Origin: a virus
Taxonomy: Duplodnaviria; Heunggongvirae; Uroviricota; Caudoviricetes
Length of the DNA: 64,000 nt
Strand: one strand, 5' to 3'
Virus record (IMG/VR): IMGVR_UViG_3300038345_000251
Span: 1-64,000 of that record
Position 1 is the stretch's first letter. Every line of letters begins with the position of its first letter. Below are positions 33,260-42,993 of the stretch, in pieces. The notes beneath the pieces were generated by a model. That model saw nothing but the letters and a program-made list of their open reading frames with translations. It was not told the origin of the DNA and searched no databases. Made by a program: the position numbers and the translations under genes.

Positions 33260-34372
33260 CTACTTAATCTTGCTTTCGATATATTTCTTAGTAAGGAAAT
33301 CGTCATAATCTGCCTTAATAAGTTTAGCAGGTTTAAGTTTACTCTTAAATGTATGATACAAAACCGAATACAAGTTAATCTTCTCTGCAAACTCAACAAA
33401 TTTAGTTTTGTCTGTTTCCATAATATTACACCATCTAAGATAAGGCATATCAGGGTTGTTGAAAATAGCATTAAGATTATTACTATAAATTGGAAGGTAA
33501 ATGTTTGCATCCAAGTTATGCTTCTTACAAACGTGTACACAAAGGTCTAAAGCATACATCAAAAGGTTTGCAACCTTAAGGTTTCGTACCCTATTATATC
33601 TACCAGGAAGATGATTCTTCCGATTCTCTTCAGCAATACCGCTTTCAACATAGATTGTACCAGCAGTGCTCAAAAAACTTCTATAAAAATCAGCATAATA
33701 GGTATAATATGGCTGAAGGGTAAAGTCTTCAGGGTCTGTATCACCCTTAATATACTTATGTGCAAACATATATCCGACAGCAGTATCAAGACTATTTGTC
33801 TCATACTGAAAATCCTTCATTTTGTAAAAAGCGTCAAGTGCTTCTCCGTCAGTCATACGAAGTTTAGCAGCAACTTTATCACCAGCACTCCAACTAGTTC
33901 TAGGAACACCACCGTTAAAACAATAAGTTAATTCCGCAATTCTATCATATGTCATTTCACCTTCATAGGTACACGTGAACTTTTCTGGAATTAAATAAGA
34001 TTTCTTTGAATCAGCCTTAAGGCGTTTAACACTTTCCTTGGCAGATTGTCCATCAATGATATAGAACTTGCCATCATCAGAACAAAGAGCAAATGAGAAC
34101 GGACGCAAATCATCATCCCATCCTTTCTTGACAATTGATTTCATCGTCTTCTTAACACGTGTCTCAAAGACTTTGTGTTCAAGTTCGTGATAAACATTCT
34201 TCTTATCATTATCAGAAGAAATACCACATCTTTGACCCCTTGAATGCAACAGCATATTAATTTCGTCAAAGTTAAGTTTAACAAATTGTTTTTGGTCTTT
34301 CGTTTTCTTAATTTCATCGAAAACAGTAGTAACAGTTGTGTTACTGGAATTAGTAAAGTTTTTGGTTTCCAT
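33260..34372 (-). CDS. ParB/Srx-like N-terminal domain protein
   Basis: SI..KGW...FYIIDGQ motif. Confidence 0.5.
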   Translation of the reverse strand: METKNFTNSSNTTVTTVFDEIKKTKDQKQFVKLNFDEINMLLHSRGQRCGISSDNDKKNVYHELEHKVFETRVKKTMKSIVKKGWDDDLRPFSFALCSDDGKFYIIDGQSAKESVKRLKADSKKSYLIPEKFTCTYEGEMTYDRIAELTYCFNGGVPRTSWSAGDKVAAKLRMTDGEALDAFYKMKDFQYETNSLDTAVGYMFAHKYIKGDTDPEDFTLQPYYTYYADFYRSFLSTAGTIYVESGIAEENRKNHLPGRYNRVRNLKVANLLMYALDLCVHVCKKHNLDANIYLPIYSNNLNAIFNNPDMPYLRWCNIMETDKTKFVEFAEKINLYSVLYHTFKSKLKPAKLIKADYDDFLTKKYIESKIK

Positions 34373-34495
34373 AAATTTTAAATATTAATTAAGTTTTGTT
34401 AAATTTCAAATTTCACTACAAAGGTATAAACAATTTTTCTAATTTCCAAATTTATTTTACATTTTTTTCATTTAACTTTTCAGTTGGTGTATATG

Positions 34496-34510
34496 GCAAA
34501 TACCGTGCCA
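34496..34510 (-). promoter_or_regulatory. Sigma54-like promoter
   Basis: TGGCACGGTATTTGC, full consensus match. Confidence 0.65.
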
Positions 34511-34548
34511 AAAAAATATGAGTAGATTTATTTAACCTACTCATATTC

Positions 34549-35439
34549 CTAATATATTTCAAGAATGTTAACGATTTTATCAGGTGGAATATTATCATAG
34601 GTATAATATGCAGTACCTTCTCTTTCATCATGATAAAGTTTTAATCCATCACAGTTAATTTCAAGTACAATCATATCCTGTAAGTTTTGTCCAACCATAT
34701 TTTTTATTTCATCTATATCAGTTCCGAGATATATTCTTTCTGGAAAATTACCTCTTGATTTAGGTATTAATCCATACTTTAATATTCTTTTTAAAAAAGA
34801 CTTATCTGTTGCATGATAAAATATTTCACCTGATTTTTGTTTATAACGTTTGCCATATTTTGCTTCAATGATTATACTGAAACTAATTATTGGTGTTTCA
34901 GAAAGATATTTATCAAATTCAATATCGTCTTTAAATAAAGAATCTTTAGATTGAAATGTATCGTTGAATTTATAGAATACTTTTGGTATATATCCATTTT
35001 TGTTTTCTTCTCTAATATCAATTTCTGAAACAAACCAACCTAATAATGTTTCTACTGTCTTGATGATTTCTCTGTAATTAGAAAAATCTTTTCCTAAATC
35101 AATTGCTACAAAATCGTTTTTCTTTGTTGTTGTGTTTCTTTTATATGGATTAAATCTTAAACTTCTGATTTTGATAATATTAGGAAATTTTTTCTTTAAA
35201 TATATTGCTGACTTATTTATATCATAAGACATTATAAGACCTTCATTAAGATTTTCAAATAAGAATTCTTGTTTAGTGTCAGTTCCATAAGATATTATGG
35301 AATCGTTATCTTCAGTTGTCAATAATAGTTCTTTAAAATATCTTTGTCTTTTGGTTGGTTCATAAAAAAATGGTTTAAGAACCTCTGTTATGAGGTTCTT
35401 AAAACCATTCTCATTAATTTTAATAATCTTTTCTTTCAT
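34549..35439 (-). CDS. Tpt1/KptA-like ADP-ribosyltransferase domain protein
   Basis: C-terminal FYHAT...ILKYGL.P...RIYL...VLEI...NIPP..I; N-terminal INENGFKNLITEVL leader. Confidence 0.65.
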   Translation of the reverse strand: MKEKIIKINENGFKNLITEVLKPFFYEPTKRQRYFKELLLTTEDNDSIISYGTDTKQEFLFENLNEGLIMSYDINKSAIYLKKKFPNIIKIRSLRFNPYKRNTTTKKNDFVAIDLGKDFSNYREIIKTVETLLGWFVSEIDIREENKNGYIPKVFYKFNDTFQSKDSLFKDDIEFDKYLSETPIISFSIIIEAKYGKRYKQKSGEIFYHATDKSFLKRILKYGLIPKSRGNFPERIYLGTDIDEIKNMVGQNLQDMIVLEINCDGLKLYHDEREGTAYYTYDNIPPDKIVNILEIY

Positions 35440-35441
35440 TT

Positions 35442-37442
35442 TTATGGCTCTACTGTTTTTATTTTTCTTGGTCTTCCTCTTCCACGTTTAACTTCTACCA
35501 CAGGTTCATTCATCTTTGCCACTTCTTCGTTAGTATATACAAAAGGTAAATCATCAACTTGTGTACAACTTGTATTAAGTTCACCCTCTGTTGTAGATAC
35601 TGAAATACTACTATTTTCATCTACCTTAAGTGTATAATCAGCTTGTGCAGTTATTGTTTCATTTGGGTTAATCACTGTTTCAGCATGGTCAGTACTAATA
35701 GGTAAGTCACTAATATGTTGTTTAATGTCTTCTTGGATTTCTTTAGTTACACCAAGTTCTTCCCATTTCTTTTCTGCTTCCAACCTTCTTGCTTCTTCCA
35801 TTTCAGCCTTAGTTCTTCTCTTACGTTTAGGTTTAACTTCTTCCTTCTTAACAAAATCCTGTTCCCTTAATTCAACAAACTGAATAGGATGTCTCTTTTC
35901 AGGTTCTTCAACCTTTTTCTGTTTCTCTTCTCTTGCTTTCCTATTGGTTTCGACAATTACATCAGGTAGTCTTTTCATATTAGGAAAATAGTCAACAACA
36001 GTACTGATGATGCGTTCCTTAAGTTCATCTGAAGCGATTACATCATCAATAGATATTTTTTGAAGAATACAGTTAAAGTCATTAGTAATTACATCATAAA
36101 CGATTTCCTTTACACTATCTTTAAATGTAACAGATGTATTGTCAATACTTAGTTCAGTTGGTTTATCTATAGGTGCAGTAATACTTTGATTGTCATAGTC
36201 AATTACATTAATTTGAGTACATTCATTAGGTACTTGTGATGGTTGATGATTTTCAGGTACAAATATTGTATCACCTTCAATATCTTGATAATTTTCAGGT
36301 ACAGGTGTTGTGTCACCGTTAATATCTTGATACCCTTCAGGTACAAGTATCGTATCAGCAAGTTTTTCCATGTTAGGAAGTACATTTTCGATAACATCTT
36401 CTTGTTCAGTGATTTTTTTAACCCTATTTTCATTGGTTTTGGTAACGAAGTTAAATTGAAGGGTTTTAAGAGTACCATAAGTTTGTTCATCAAAATATTG
36501 GTTGAGTTTTTCGATAAGTTCATTCCAAAGTTTTGATTTCTTTTCAAATTCCTTATCTTCAGAAGTGCTATATTGTATTTCCACTTCATCACCGTCTTCT
36601 GTTTCTATGTTAGTTGTTTCAAGTTCGGTATTTACTTGTCCATCATATTTAGCAACACGTTCAAGAGATTTTTCATAGTATTCAGTATTCTTTTCAAAAC
36701 CTAAATAATTACGTTTATTAAGTTTTGCCATTTTAGCAGTTGTACCACTACCCATGAAAGGGTCAAGAACCAAGTTACCTTCTACTGACCAAGAGAGAAT
36801 ATGGTCTTGTGCAAGCAATTCAGGAAATACAGCAGGATGTCCTGTTTTATCATTAAATGATACACTATATCTCCATATATTATTTCTATAACTATATTCT
36901 TTTATAACAGGTTGATTTTTCTTAACTTCTACAAGGTTTCCATCAACATCATATGTGGTATTTTTACCCCATTTAGCCCAACCAGCCCATTTGTTACGTT
37001 TATCCGCAATAAGTGTAATATCTTTTCTGATTTCACCTTTAACAAAGACAAACATATATTCAAATATTTGAGAATAACGTTTGGCATTCTTACCAGCTGG
37101 TCTTGATGAACCGTTTTTCTCATAAATCATTGTATCGTGAAGTTTAAACCCAATTTCTTTGAAATATTGTGCTTGTCTGAATGATGTGCCTGTTTCATCA
37201 CCATTAATAGTTGCATCACCAACAACCCATACAACAACACACCCAGGTTTAGTTACTCTATATAATTCTCTTGCAATAGGTTTAAATATTTCAAAATCCC
37301 ATCTAAATTCATCACCTTCTTGATAGGTTCTAAGATTGTCATAAGGTGGACTTGTAACAGTCAAATCAACTGAATTATCAGGAAGTAATTTAAGACCATC
37401 TATACAATCCATGTTGTAAATTTTATTAATCTCTAATTCCAT
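35442..37442 (-). CDS. Beta-class N4/N6 DNA methyltransferase with long C-terminal extension
   Basis: VTSPPY, HPAVFP, VLDPFMGSGTT; tail with PE.YQDI.GDT repeats and RGRGRPRK AT-hook. Confidence 0.9.
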   Translation of the reverse strand: MELEINKIYNMDCIDGLKLLPDNSVDLTVTSPPYDNLRTYQEGDEFRWDFEIFKPIARELYRVTKPGCVVVWVVGDATINGDETGTSFRQAQYFKEIGFKLHDTMIYEKNGSSRPAGKNAKRYSQIFEYMFVFVKGEIRKDITLIADKRNKWAGWAKWGKNTTYDVDGNLVEVKKNQPVIKEYSYRNNIWRYSVSFNDKTGHPAVFPELLAQDHILSWSVEGNLVLDPFMGSGTTAKMAKLNKRNYLGFEKNTEYYEKSLERVAKYDGQVNTELETTNIETEDGDEVEIQYSTSEDKEFEKKSKLWNELIEKLNQYFDEQTYGTLKTLQFNFVTKTNENRVKKITEQEDVIENVLPNMEKLADTILVPEGYQDINGDTTPVPENYQDIEGDTIFVPENHQPSQVPNECTQINVIDYDNQSITAPIDKPTELSIDNTSVTFKDSVKEIVYDVITNDFNCILQKISIDDVIASDELKERIISTVVDYFPNMKRLPDVIVETNRKAREEKQKKVEEPEKRHPIQFVELREQDFVKKEEVKPKRKRRTKAEMEEARRLEAEKKWEELGVTKEIQEDIKQHISDLPISTDHAETVINPNETITAQADYTLKVDENSSISVSTTEGELNTSCTQVDDLPFVYTNEEVAKMNEPVVEVKRGRGRPRKIKTVEP

Positions 37443-37532
37443 TTCAATATACTTTATTCAAAAATTATTTTTTACAAATGTACAAATTTAAATCCAGATT
37501 TTCAAACTATTTATAGAAAAATATTTTAGAAT

Positions 37533-40526
37533 ATGTACAAAGTTTATAATAAGAGAAGTAACGAAGTTATTAACGGTAAAGCCAAGTTACCAACACCTGA
37601 ACAATTAGAATATGGTGAACTTGCAATTAACTATGCAAAGGGTAAGGAAACATTGGCTATTAAAAATGATGAAGATGAAATCGTAAAGTTACCATTTACT
37701 GGCGGTAGTGGTGAAAGTGGTATTTTTGCTTACAGGGATGAAAATCATGAAGACGATGGAATATTCCCTGATAAACAGACATTATACGATTCTTTAAGAG
37801 ACCATATTAAAAGAGGTGAAAACCTTTTTGAACCAGAAGAAGGAAAGATGTGTGTTGCTTTTGTAAAGAATGATTGGGATGAAAGTATTTCTACATATCC
37901 TATTATAAATCCTGAACCTTCATACGATAGTATTGTTGACCCTGAAAAAACAAAAAGAACTAATGAGATTAAATCACATAGATTACCTTATAATGGTGAT
38001 AAGATAGTTGTTAGAAGACATTTATTCCATCAACCTATGGTACATCTTCCATATTATTTTCAAGATTGTCTTTGTGTGTTTAGGAAAAGTTTTGAAGAAC
38101 CTAGTCAAACTCGTACATTTAAATATAATTCAAGTTTGTTAGAATTTAAAGATGTTATAACAAATGGTTATAATGATTTAGTTGATGTAGAAGTATATGA
38201 TATTGATGAAAATGGCTGTGATAAAGAACTTGTTTTAACAAGAAATGATGGTGAATCTTATCGTTTTTGGGCTATGGTTCGTTTTGACATGTATGATAAA
38301 AATGTTTTTGAAGCAATAAATCGTATTTATGATGATAATGATGGATGTTATGTTTTAAACGAAAACACAATTAAACTTGAATGTATTTGTCACGATTTTT
38401 ATAGAAGTAGAACAACTCTTAGTCCATATTTGAAATTAGAATGGGGAAATTACACAAGCGGTGGTGGTGATGTAACACCTTATAATTTTGATGAGAATAA
38501 ACCTAAACTTATTAACATAAGACCAAGTTTATGGAAAGGTATTATTGAAAATCTTGATGAAAAAATATATCCTAATAGAGAACCTGAAAGATATAACATG
38601 TTTATTAAAAATGTTTTTGGTGACGGACAATCTAATTGGCCTAAACCAAGATATAGAGTAAGAAGTAAGATACGTAACTATATACCTGTCTATGGATATT
38701 TTGATAATAGACGAAAAATGGTATGTATTTATCCTGAACTTAGTGGTGATAAATTAATTATACATTATAATAAAGATGCTTTTCTTTATACAGGTGCTGA
38801 TTTATCAAACGAATATTTATATGTTAGTTTTACACGTAAGTTTTACGGAAATCGTTATATGAATATAGGTATTAGAATATATCTTGATACTTTAGATAGA
38901 AATAACTATTATACTATATTTGAAGCGTCTGATTTTTCTGAATTTGATGATGTTAACGGTGGCTTTTTGGGATATGATATAAATAATACTGAAACAAAAT
39001 GTTATACTGAATCAGATGTATATTCAAAATATTTTGGAACGTTAACACAATTTAAAGAAAGTAGAACCAATCGTTGGGAACATAAACTCAGTGGATGGCA
39101 TTGGTGTAATAGTAGGAAAGAATATCAAATCATTGATGGAACTGGAAGGTATCACGGTAATAAATCATATTCATTAATGCTTTATAAGAAACATAGAGGT
39201 GTTGTATCTATACATCCTTGTCATGTATCAATTATTAGAACAAACAAAAAAAACGTAGTTGATGATGCTGATTATTTGACATTTGATATTACAAATGGTG
39301 GTACAATCAATTGGAAACATAGTGGTAGTACCAATAGAGATTTATATTATAGAATTTCTTCTGATGGCGGTGAAAGTTATGGCGATTGGAATTTAATTAG
39401 TTCTGATGAAGATAGCAGTTTTAATGTTGATTCAAATGACAAAGTTCAATTTAAAGGAAATTTTCAAAATTATCCTACTCAAAATGATTCTAACTATTCA
39501 ACGTTTAGTGGTTCGACAGCAACGTTTAACGTTAGTGGTAACATAATGAGTATTATGAAAGAAGAAAATTTTGATAATTTGGAACTTACACAACCGTATG
39601 CCTTTTTCCAATTATTTGCTTGCACAAATGTTGCTGATGCTAGTGAAATGAAAATGCCTAATACAGTATCACAAGCATGTTGTGGTTTTATGTTTAGAGA
39701 GTGTAGGCTGTTAGAACATGGACCAAAATTACCAGCCGAAGAGTTAGTACAGGCATGTTATTGGGCAATGTTCATTAATTGTTCAAGATTACAAGAAGGT
39801 GTAGAAATGTCAGCAGTAAATATGGCATATCAAAGTTGTATTTATATGTATGCTTATTGTGGTTCATTGACAACTTTACCTGAATTACCTGCAACTAATT
39901 TAGGATATGGTTGTTATGCAAGAATGTTCCAAGCCTGTAATTCATTAACATCAATTCCAAGTGGTTATTTACCTTCAACAACTTTGGCTGAAGATTGTTA
40001 TACTGGAATGTTTTCTGACTGTTTTAATTTAACTTCAATACCAAGTGATTTATTACCAGCAACTACATTAAAACAGTCTTGTTATGTCTCTATGTTTGAA
40101 AACTGTTTTTCATTAACAAATGTTCCTAATTTACCTGCAACAGATTTATCAGGAGCAAATAGTTGTTATCAATGTATGTTCCAAAATTGTAGAAGTCTTA
40201 CAGGTATACCAACTGATTTGTTACCAGCAACAACATTGGCACAGAGTTGTTATAGTTCTATGTTCTATGGTTGTTCAAGTTTAGCCACAGCACCTGAATT
40301 ACCAGCTACTACTTTAGCAAATTATTGTTATCGTCAGATGTTTTATAATACTAATATTAATTACATTAAATGTTTAGCAACTGATATAAGTGCAAATCAA
40401 TGTACAAGCGATTGGGTTAATGGTGTTCAGACAACATCAGGTACATTTGTCAAGAATCCTGATATGAATGATTGGACAACAGGTACATCAGGTATTCCTG
40501 AGAATTGGAATGTACAGATAAATTAA
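37533..40526 (+). CDS. Fibre/adhesin-like paralog 1 (GELAIN anchor + shared basic domain + BspA-like LRR)
   Basis: LPT.EQLEYGELAINYAKG N-terminus; C-terminal LPATTL..CY..MF..C.SL repeats. Confidence 0.75.
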   Translation: MYKVYNKRSNEVINGKAKLPTPEQLEYGELAINYAKGKETLAIKNDEDEIVKLPFTGGSGESGIFAYRDENHEDDGIFPDKQTLYDSLRDHIKRGENLFEPEEGKMCVAFVKNDWDESISTYPIINPEPSYDSIVDPEKTKRTNEIKSHRLPYNGDKIVVRRHLFHQPMVHLPYYFQDCLCVFRKSFEEPSQTRTFKYNSSLLEFKDVITNGYNDLVDVEVYDIDENGCDKELVLTRNDGESYRFWAMVRFDMYDKNVFEAINRIYDDNDGCYVLNENTIKLECICHDFYRSRTTLSPYLKLEWGNYTSGGGDVTPYNFDENKPKLINIRPSLWKGIIENLDEKIYPNREPERYNMFIKNVFGDGQSNWPKPRYRVRSKIRNYIPVYGYFDNRRKMVCIYPELSGDKLIIHYNKDAFLYTGADLSNEYLYVSFTRKFYGNRYMNIGIRIYLDTLDRNNYYTIFEASDFSEFDDVNGGFLGYDINNTETKCYTESDVYSKYFGTLTQFKESRTNRWEHKLSGWHWCNSRKEYQIIDGTGRYHGNKSYSLMLYKKHRGVVSIHPCHVSIIRTNKKNVVDDADYLTFDITNGGTINWKHSGSTNRDLYYRISSDGGESYGDWNLISSDEDSSFNVDSNDKVQFKGNFQNYPTQNDSNYSTFSGSTATFNVSGNIMSIMKEENFDNLELTQPYAFFQLFACTNVADASEMKMPNTVSQACCGFMFRECRLLEHGPKLPAEELVQACYWAMFINCSRLQEGVEMSAVNMAYQSCIYMYAYCGSLTTLPELPATNLGYGCYARMFQACNSLTSIPSGYLPSTTLAEDCYTGMFSDCFNLTSIPSDLLPATTLKQSCYVSMFENCFSLTNVPNLPATDLSGANSCYQCMFQNCRSLTGIPTDLLPATTLAQSCYSSMFYGCSSLATAPELPATTLANYCYRQMFYNTNINYIKCLATDISANQCTSDWVNGVQTTSGTFVKNPDMNDWTTGTSGIPENWNVQIN

Positions 40527-40610
40527 AGTTAAGAATTAAATTTAATATAAAAAACTCACTTTTATTTTTTTCAAAAGTGAGTTTTTTTGTTTTTTTATAC
40601 TATTTATTAA

Positions 40611-40745
40611 GTGAAACAGGTCTCTTGTCCCGTGAGTGGACTTTAAAGCTAAGGTGTTTCCAAGTAATGTTCACTTAGGTGGGAGACGATGTTGAAAATA
40701 ATTTTCTCACAATATATAAAACGCATCCATTTGGGTGCGTTTATT
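40611..40745 (+). ncRNA. Small structured RNA 1
   Basis: ACTATTTAT promoter motif, TGA-AACA.GTCTCTT...GGGAGAC..TGTT-GAAAAT, terminator AAACGCATCC..GGGTGCGTTT. Confidence 0.6.
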
Positions 40746-40755
40746 TTGTTTATGT

Positions 40756-40814
40756 AGCAGAGTACTGCAAGCCTGTCCCAAGAACCCCACAGTTTTAACT
40801 GTGGGAGTAGTCAG
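40756..40814 (+). mobile_element. Orphan copy of the right end of the tnpB element at 48933..50209
   Basis: Nearly identical to reverse complement of 48933-48991, ending in the same GGGAGTAGTCAG. Confidence 0.85.
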
Positions 40815-40868
40815 ATGAATTTGTATATTAGAATTTTTCGAACTATTTATAGAAAAATATTTAAGAAT

Positions 40869-42602
40869 ATGCAAAGAGTTTATAATAAAAGAAGTGATGA
40901 AATTATAGATGGTAAAGCCAAATTACCAACACCTGAACAATTAGAATATGGTGAACTTGCAATCAACTACGCAAAGGGTAAAGAAACAATCAGTATTAAA
41001 AACAGTGATGATGAAATAGTAACTTTACCATTTGGTAATGTTTCTAAAGCAGGTTTAATTAAATTTGAACGTGCTTATCATGAAGAACCGTTATATATTT
41101 TTGATGATATTAACGATTTTTATGATTCAGTAAGAAACAAAATTGGTGATGGTGAACAATTATATGAACCAGAAGATGGTAAAATATGTGTTGCTGAATT
41201 AGCAGATGGTACTTACATTCCAATTATTAGTCCAGAGCCATCATATGATAGCATTGTTGACCCTAACAAGAAAAAGACAAATTATGAAATAATGAATCAT
41301 AAACATCGTCCTTATGATGGTAATAGAATTGTTGTTAGAAAACAATTATCAATACGTCCCGTTGAACATTTACCTTATTATTTTCAAGATGGAATTGTTA
41401 CAATAAGAATTAATAAGAACTATCTTAAAAAAGGTGAATCTATTGCAATTTATGTATATGATAGATGGTTTGAAGAGCCTAGATTTGTCAAAGATGGTTA
41501 TGGTTCTATATATGGAACTTCTCTCTCTAATGATATTCAATTAATTAATCATGGTGACGGATTATGGGAGTTAAAAAATAATGGTAATCGTGACCTGTAT
41601 AAACCAATTGTAATTCAAATACCATTTAAAATAGATACATCTGGAAGACAATACAATGTTCTTGAAGTAACTAATTCAAGTTTGTTTGTTGATGTTGATA
41701 CAAGGGATTTATTTTCAAGAACAATTGCTTATAATTTTGGACAGAACTGTGTTAAAGTAGGAAACATAAGATATGATAAATATTATAATCGTGAAACTTT
41801 AAGCCCATATCTTAAATTTGTTAGAACTGAAGGATGTAATATTAAACTTATTAATACAAAACCAAGTCTTTGGAAAGGTGTTGTTGACCATGATGGGGAA
41901 GTTATATATGAAAATACATCTAAATATGACAGTTTAATGGGCATGATATTAGATAAAGCACCAAATACATTTATTAAATCAAAGACAAGAGACTATATTT
42001 ATCGTTATCATAAAAAATTAGCACAACATAGAAAAGATGCTGGTTATGGACAAAGTGGTGTAGTAGGAAACATTGAAGGTGGTTATCTTTATTTAAGGTT
42101 TTCTATTATAACTGATGATGTGAGAAAATGTCGTTTTGTTATACATTTCGATAGTAAAATTGGTTTTTCAAAAAGAAGTGTTGATTTATCTTTTCAAGAG
42201 ATTGAAAACTTAATCGTTGAATCTTATAATCTTCCCGGTAATGGTAAAGTATTTAAACTTTTATTTGATGGTGACGATTTTTATGATTTAGGACAATTTT
42301 TCTATGGATGGGAAGTAAGTGGCATACACGTATATTGTCGTGATAGTTCTGTAACACATATGCCAATTTTAGGTGACAGAGATAAAAAAATGGATATGTC
42401 AAATAAAAAACTTAATCCTTTTGGTTGGTTTAAAGGTGGGTATTCAGGTGTTAGTAAATCAGGAAGAAATACTTATGAGAAAATAAGAAGAAACAAAGGA
42501 AGGTATCAACGTAGTTATGCTATTAAACTTTATAAAGTTCATAGAGGTATTCCTTCTTCATACCCAACAACAGTAATTATTAGAAAAAATAAAAGAAAAT
42601 AA
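40869..42602 (+). CDS. Fibre/adhesin-like paralog 2
   Basis: MQRVYNKRS..GELAIN; EPSYDSIVDP, LPYYFQ, ETLSPYLK, KTRDYI, LYKVHRG blocks. Confidence 0.75.
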   Translation: MQRVYNKRSDEIIDGKAKLPTPEQLEYGELAINYAKGKETISIKNSDDEIVTLPFGNVSKAGLIKFERAYHEEPLYIFDDINDFYDSVRNKIGDGEQLYEPEDGKICVAELADGTYIPIISPEPSYDSIVDPNKKKTNYEIMNHKHRPYDGNRIVVRKQLSIRPVEHLPYYFQDGIVTIRINKNYLKKGESIAIYVYDRWFEEPRFVKDGYGSIYGTSLSNDIQLINHGDGLWELKNNGNRDLYKPIVIQIPFKIDTSGRQYNVLEVTNSSLFVDVDTRDLFSRTIAYNFGQNCVKVGNIRYDKYYNRETLSPYLKFVRTEGCNIKLINTKPSLWKGVVDHDGEVIYENTSKYDSLMGMILDKAPNTFIKSKTRDYIYRYHKKLAQHRKDAGYGQSGVVGNIEGGYLYLRFSIITDDVRKCRFVIHFDSKIGFSKRSVDLSFQEIENLIVESYNLPGNGKVFKLLFDGDDFYDLGQFFYGWEVSGIHVYCRDSSVTHMPILGDRDKKMDMSNKKLNPFGWFKGGYSGVSKSGRNTYEKIRRNKGRYQRSYAIKLYKVHRGIPSSYPTTVIIRKNKRK

Positions 42603-42632
42603 AATTTTTTGTTTTTTTATACTATTTATTAA

Positions 42633-42772
42633 GTGAATCTCCCATTCCTCAGGGGCGCATTCTTTTGGCAGAGTGGTTCATCTGTTTTGAATGTACATGT
42701 GGTGGTGGGGCAGATGAAAATCCTTAAAAAACAATATATAAAAAACTTTGTAATTTTTTTACAAAGTTTTTA
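42633..42772 (+). ncRNA. Small structured RNA 2
   Basis: Same upstream 34 bp as RNA 1; TGA-ATCTCCCATT...GGTGGG..AGAT-GAAAAT; terminator AAAACTTTGTAA..TTACAAAGTTTT. Confidence 0.6.
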
Positions 42773-42802
42773 TTTTTTTTATATTTTCATACTATTTATT
42801 TA

Positions 42803-42938
42803 ATGAAACGAATCCATCGAATTAAAGGTTTCTTTATCGTGGGACTGGGTTCTACCTCGTTGAGGCCTCTAGATGGAGTACGTTGAAAATTCTTAAAACT
42901 CTATATATAAGCAGATAAATTATTTATCTGCTTTTTTT
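42803..42938 (+). ncRNA. Small structured RNA 3
   Basis: ACTATTTAT motif; TGA-AACG..TCCATC...GATGGA...CGTT-GAAAAT; terminator AGCAGATAAAT.ATTTATCTGCT. Confidence 0.6.
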
Positions 42939-42993
42939 TGTTATATAATTGATGTTAACGATATATTTATTTATATAAATAAACAAAAAAATT

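Noticed and set aside
42803-42886. 27-aa ORF MKRIHRIKGFFIVGLGSTSLRPLDGVR in small RNA 3
   Set aside because: The equivalent frame in RNA 1 stops after 11 codons and peptides are unrelated, whereas base-pairing is conserved
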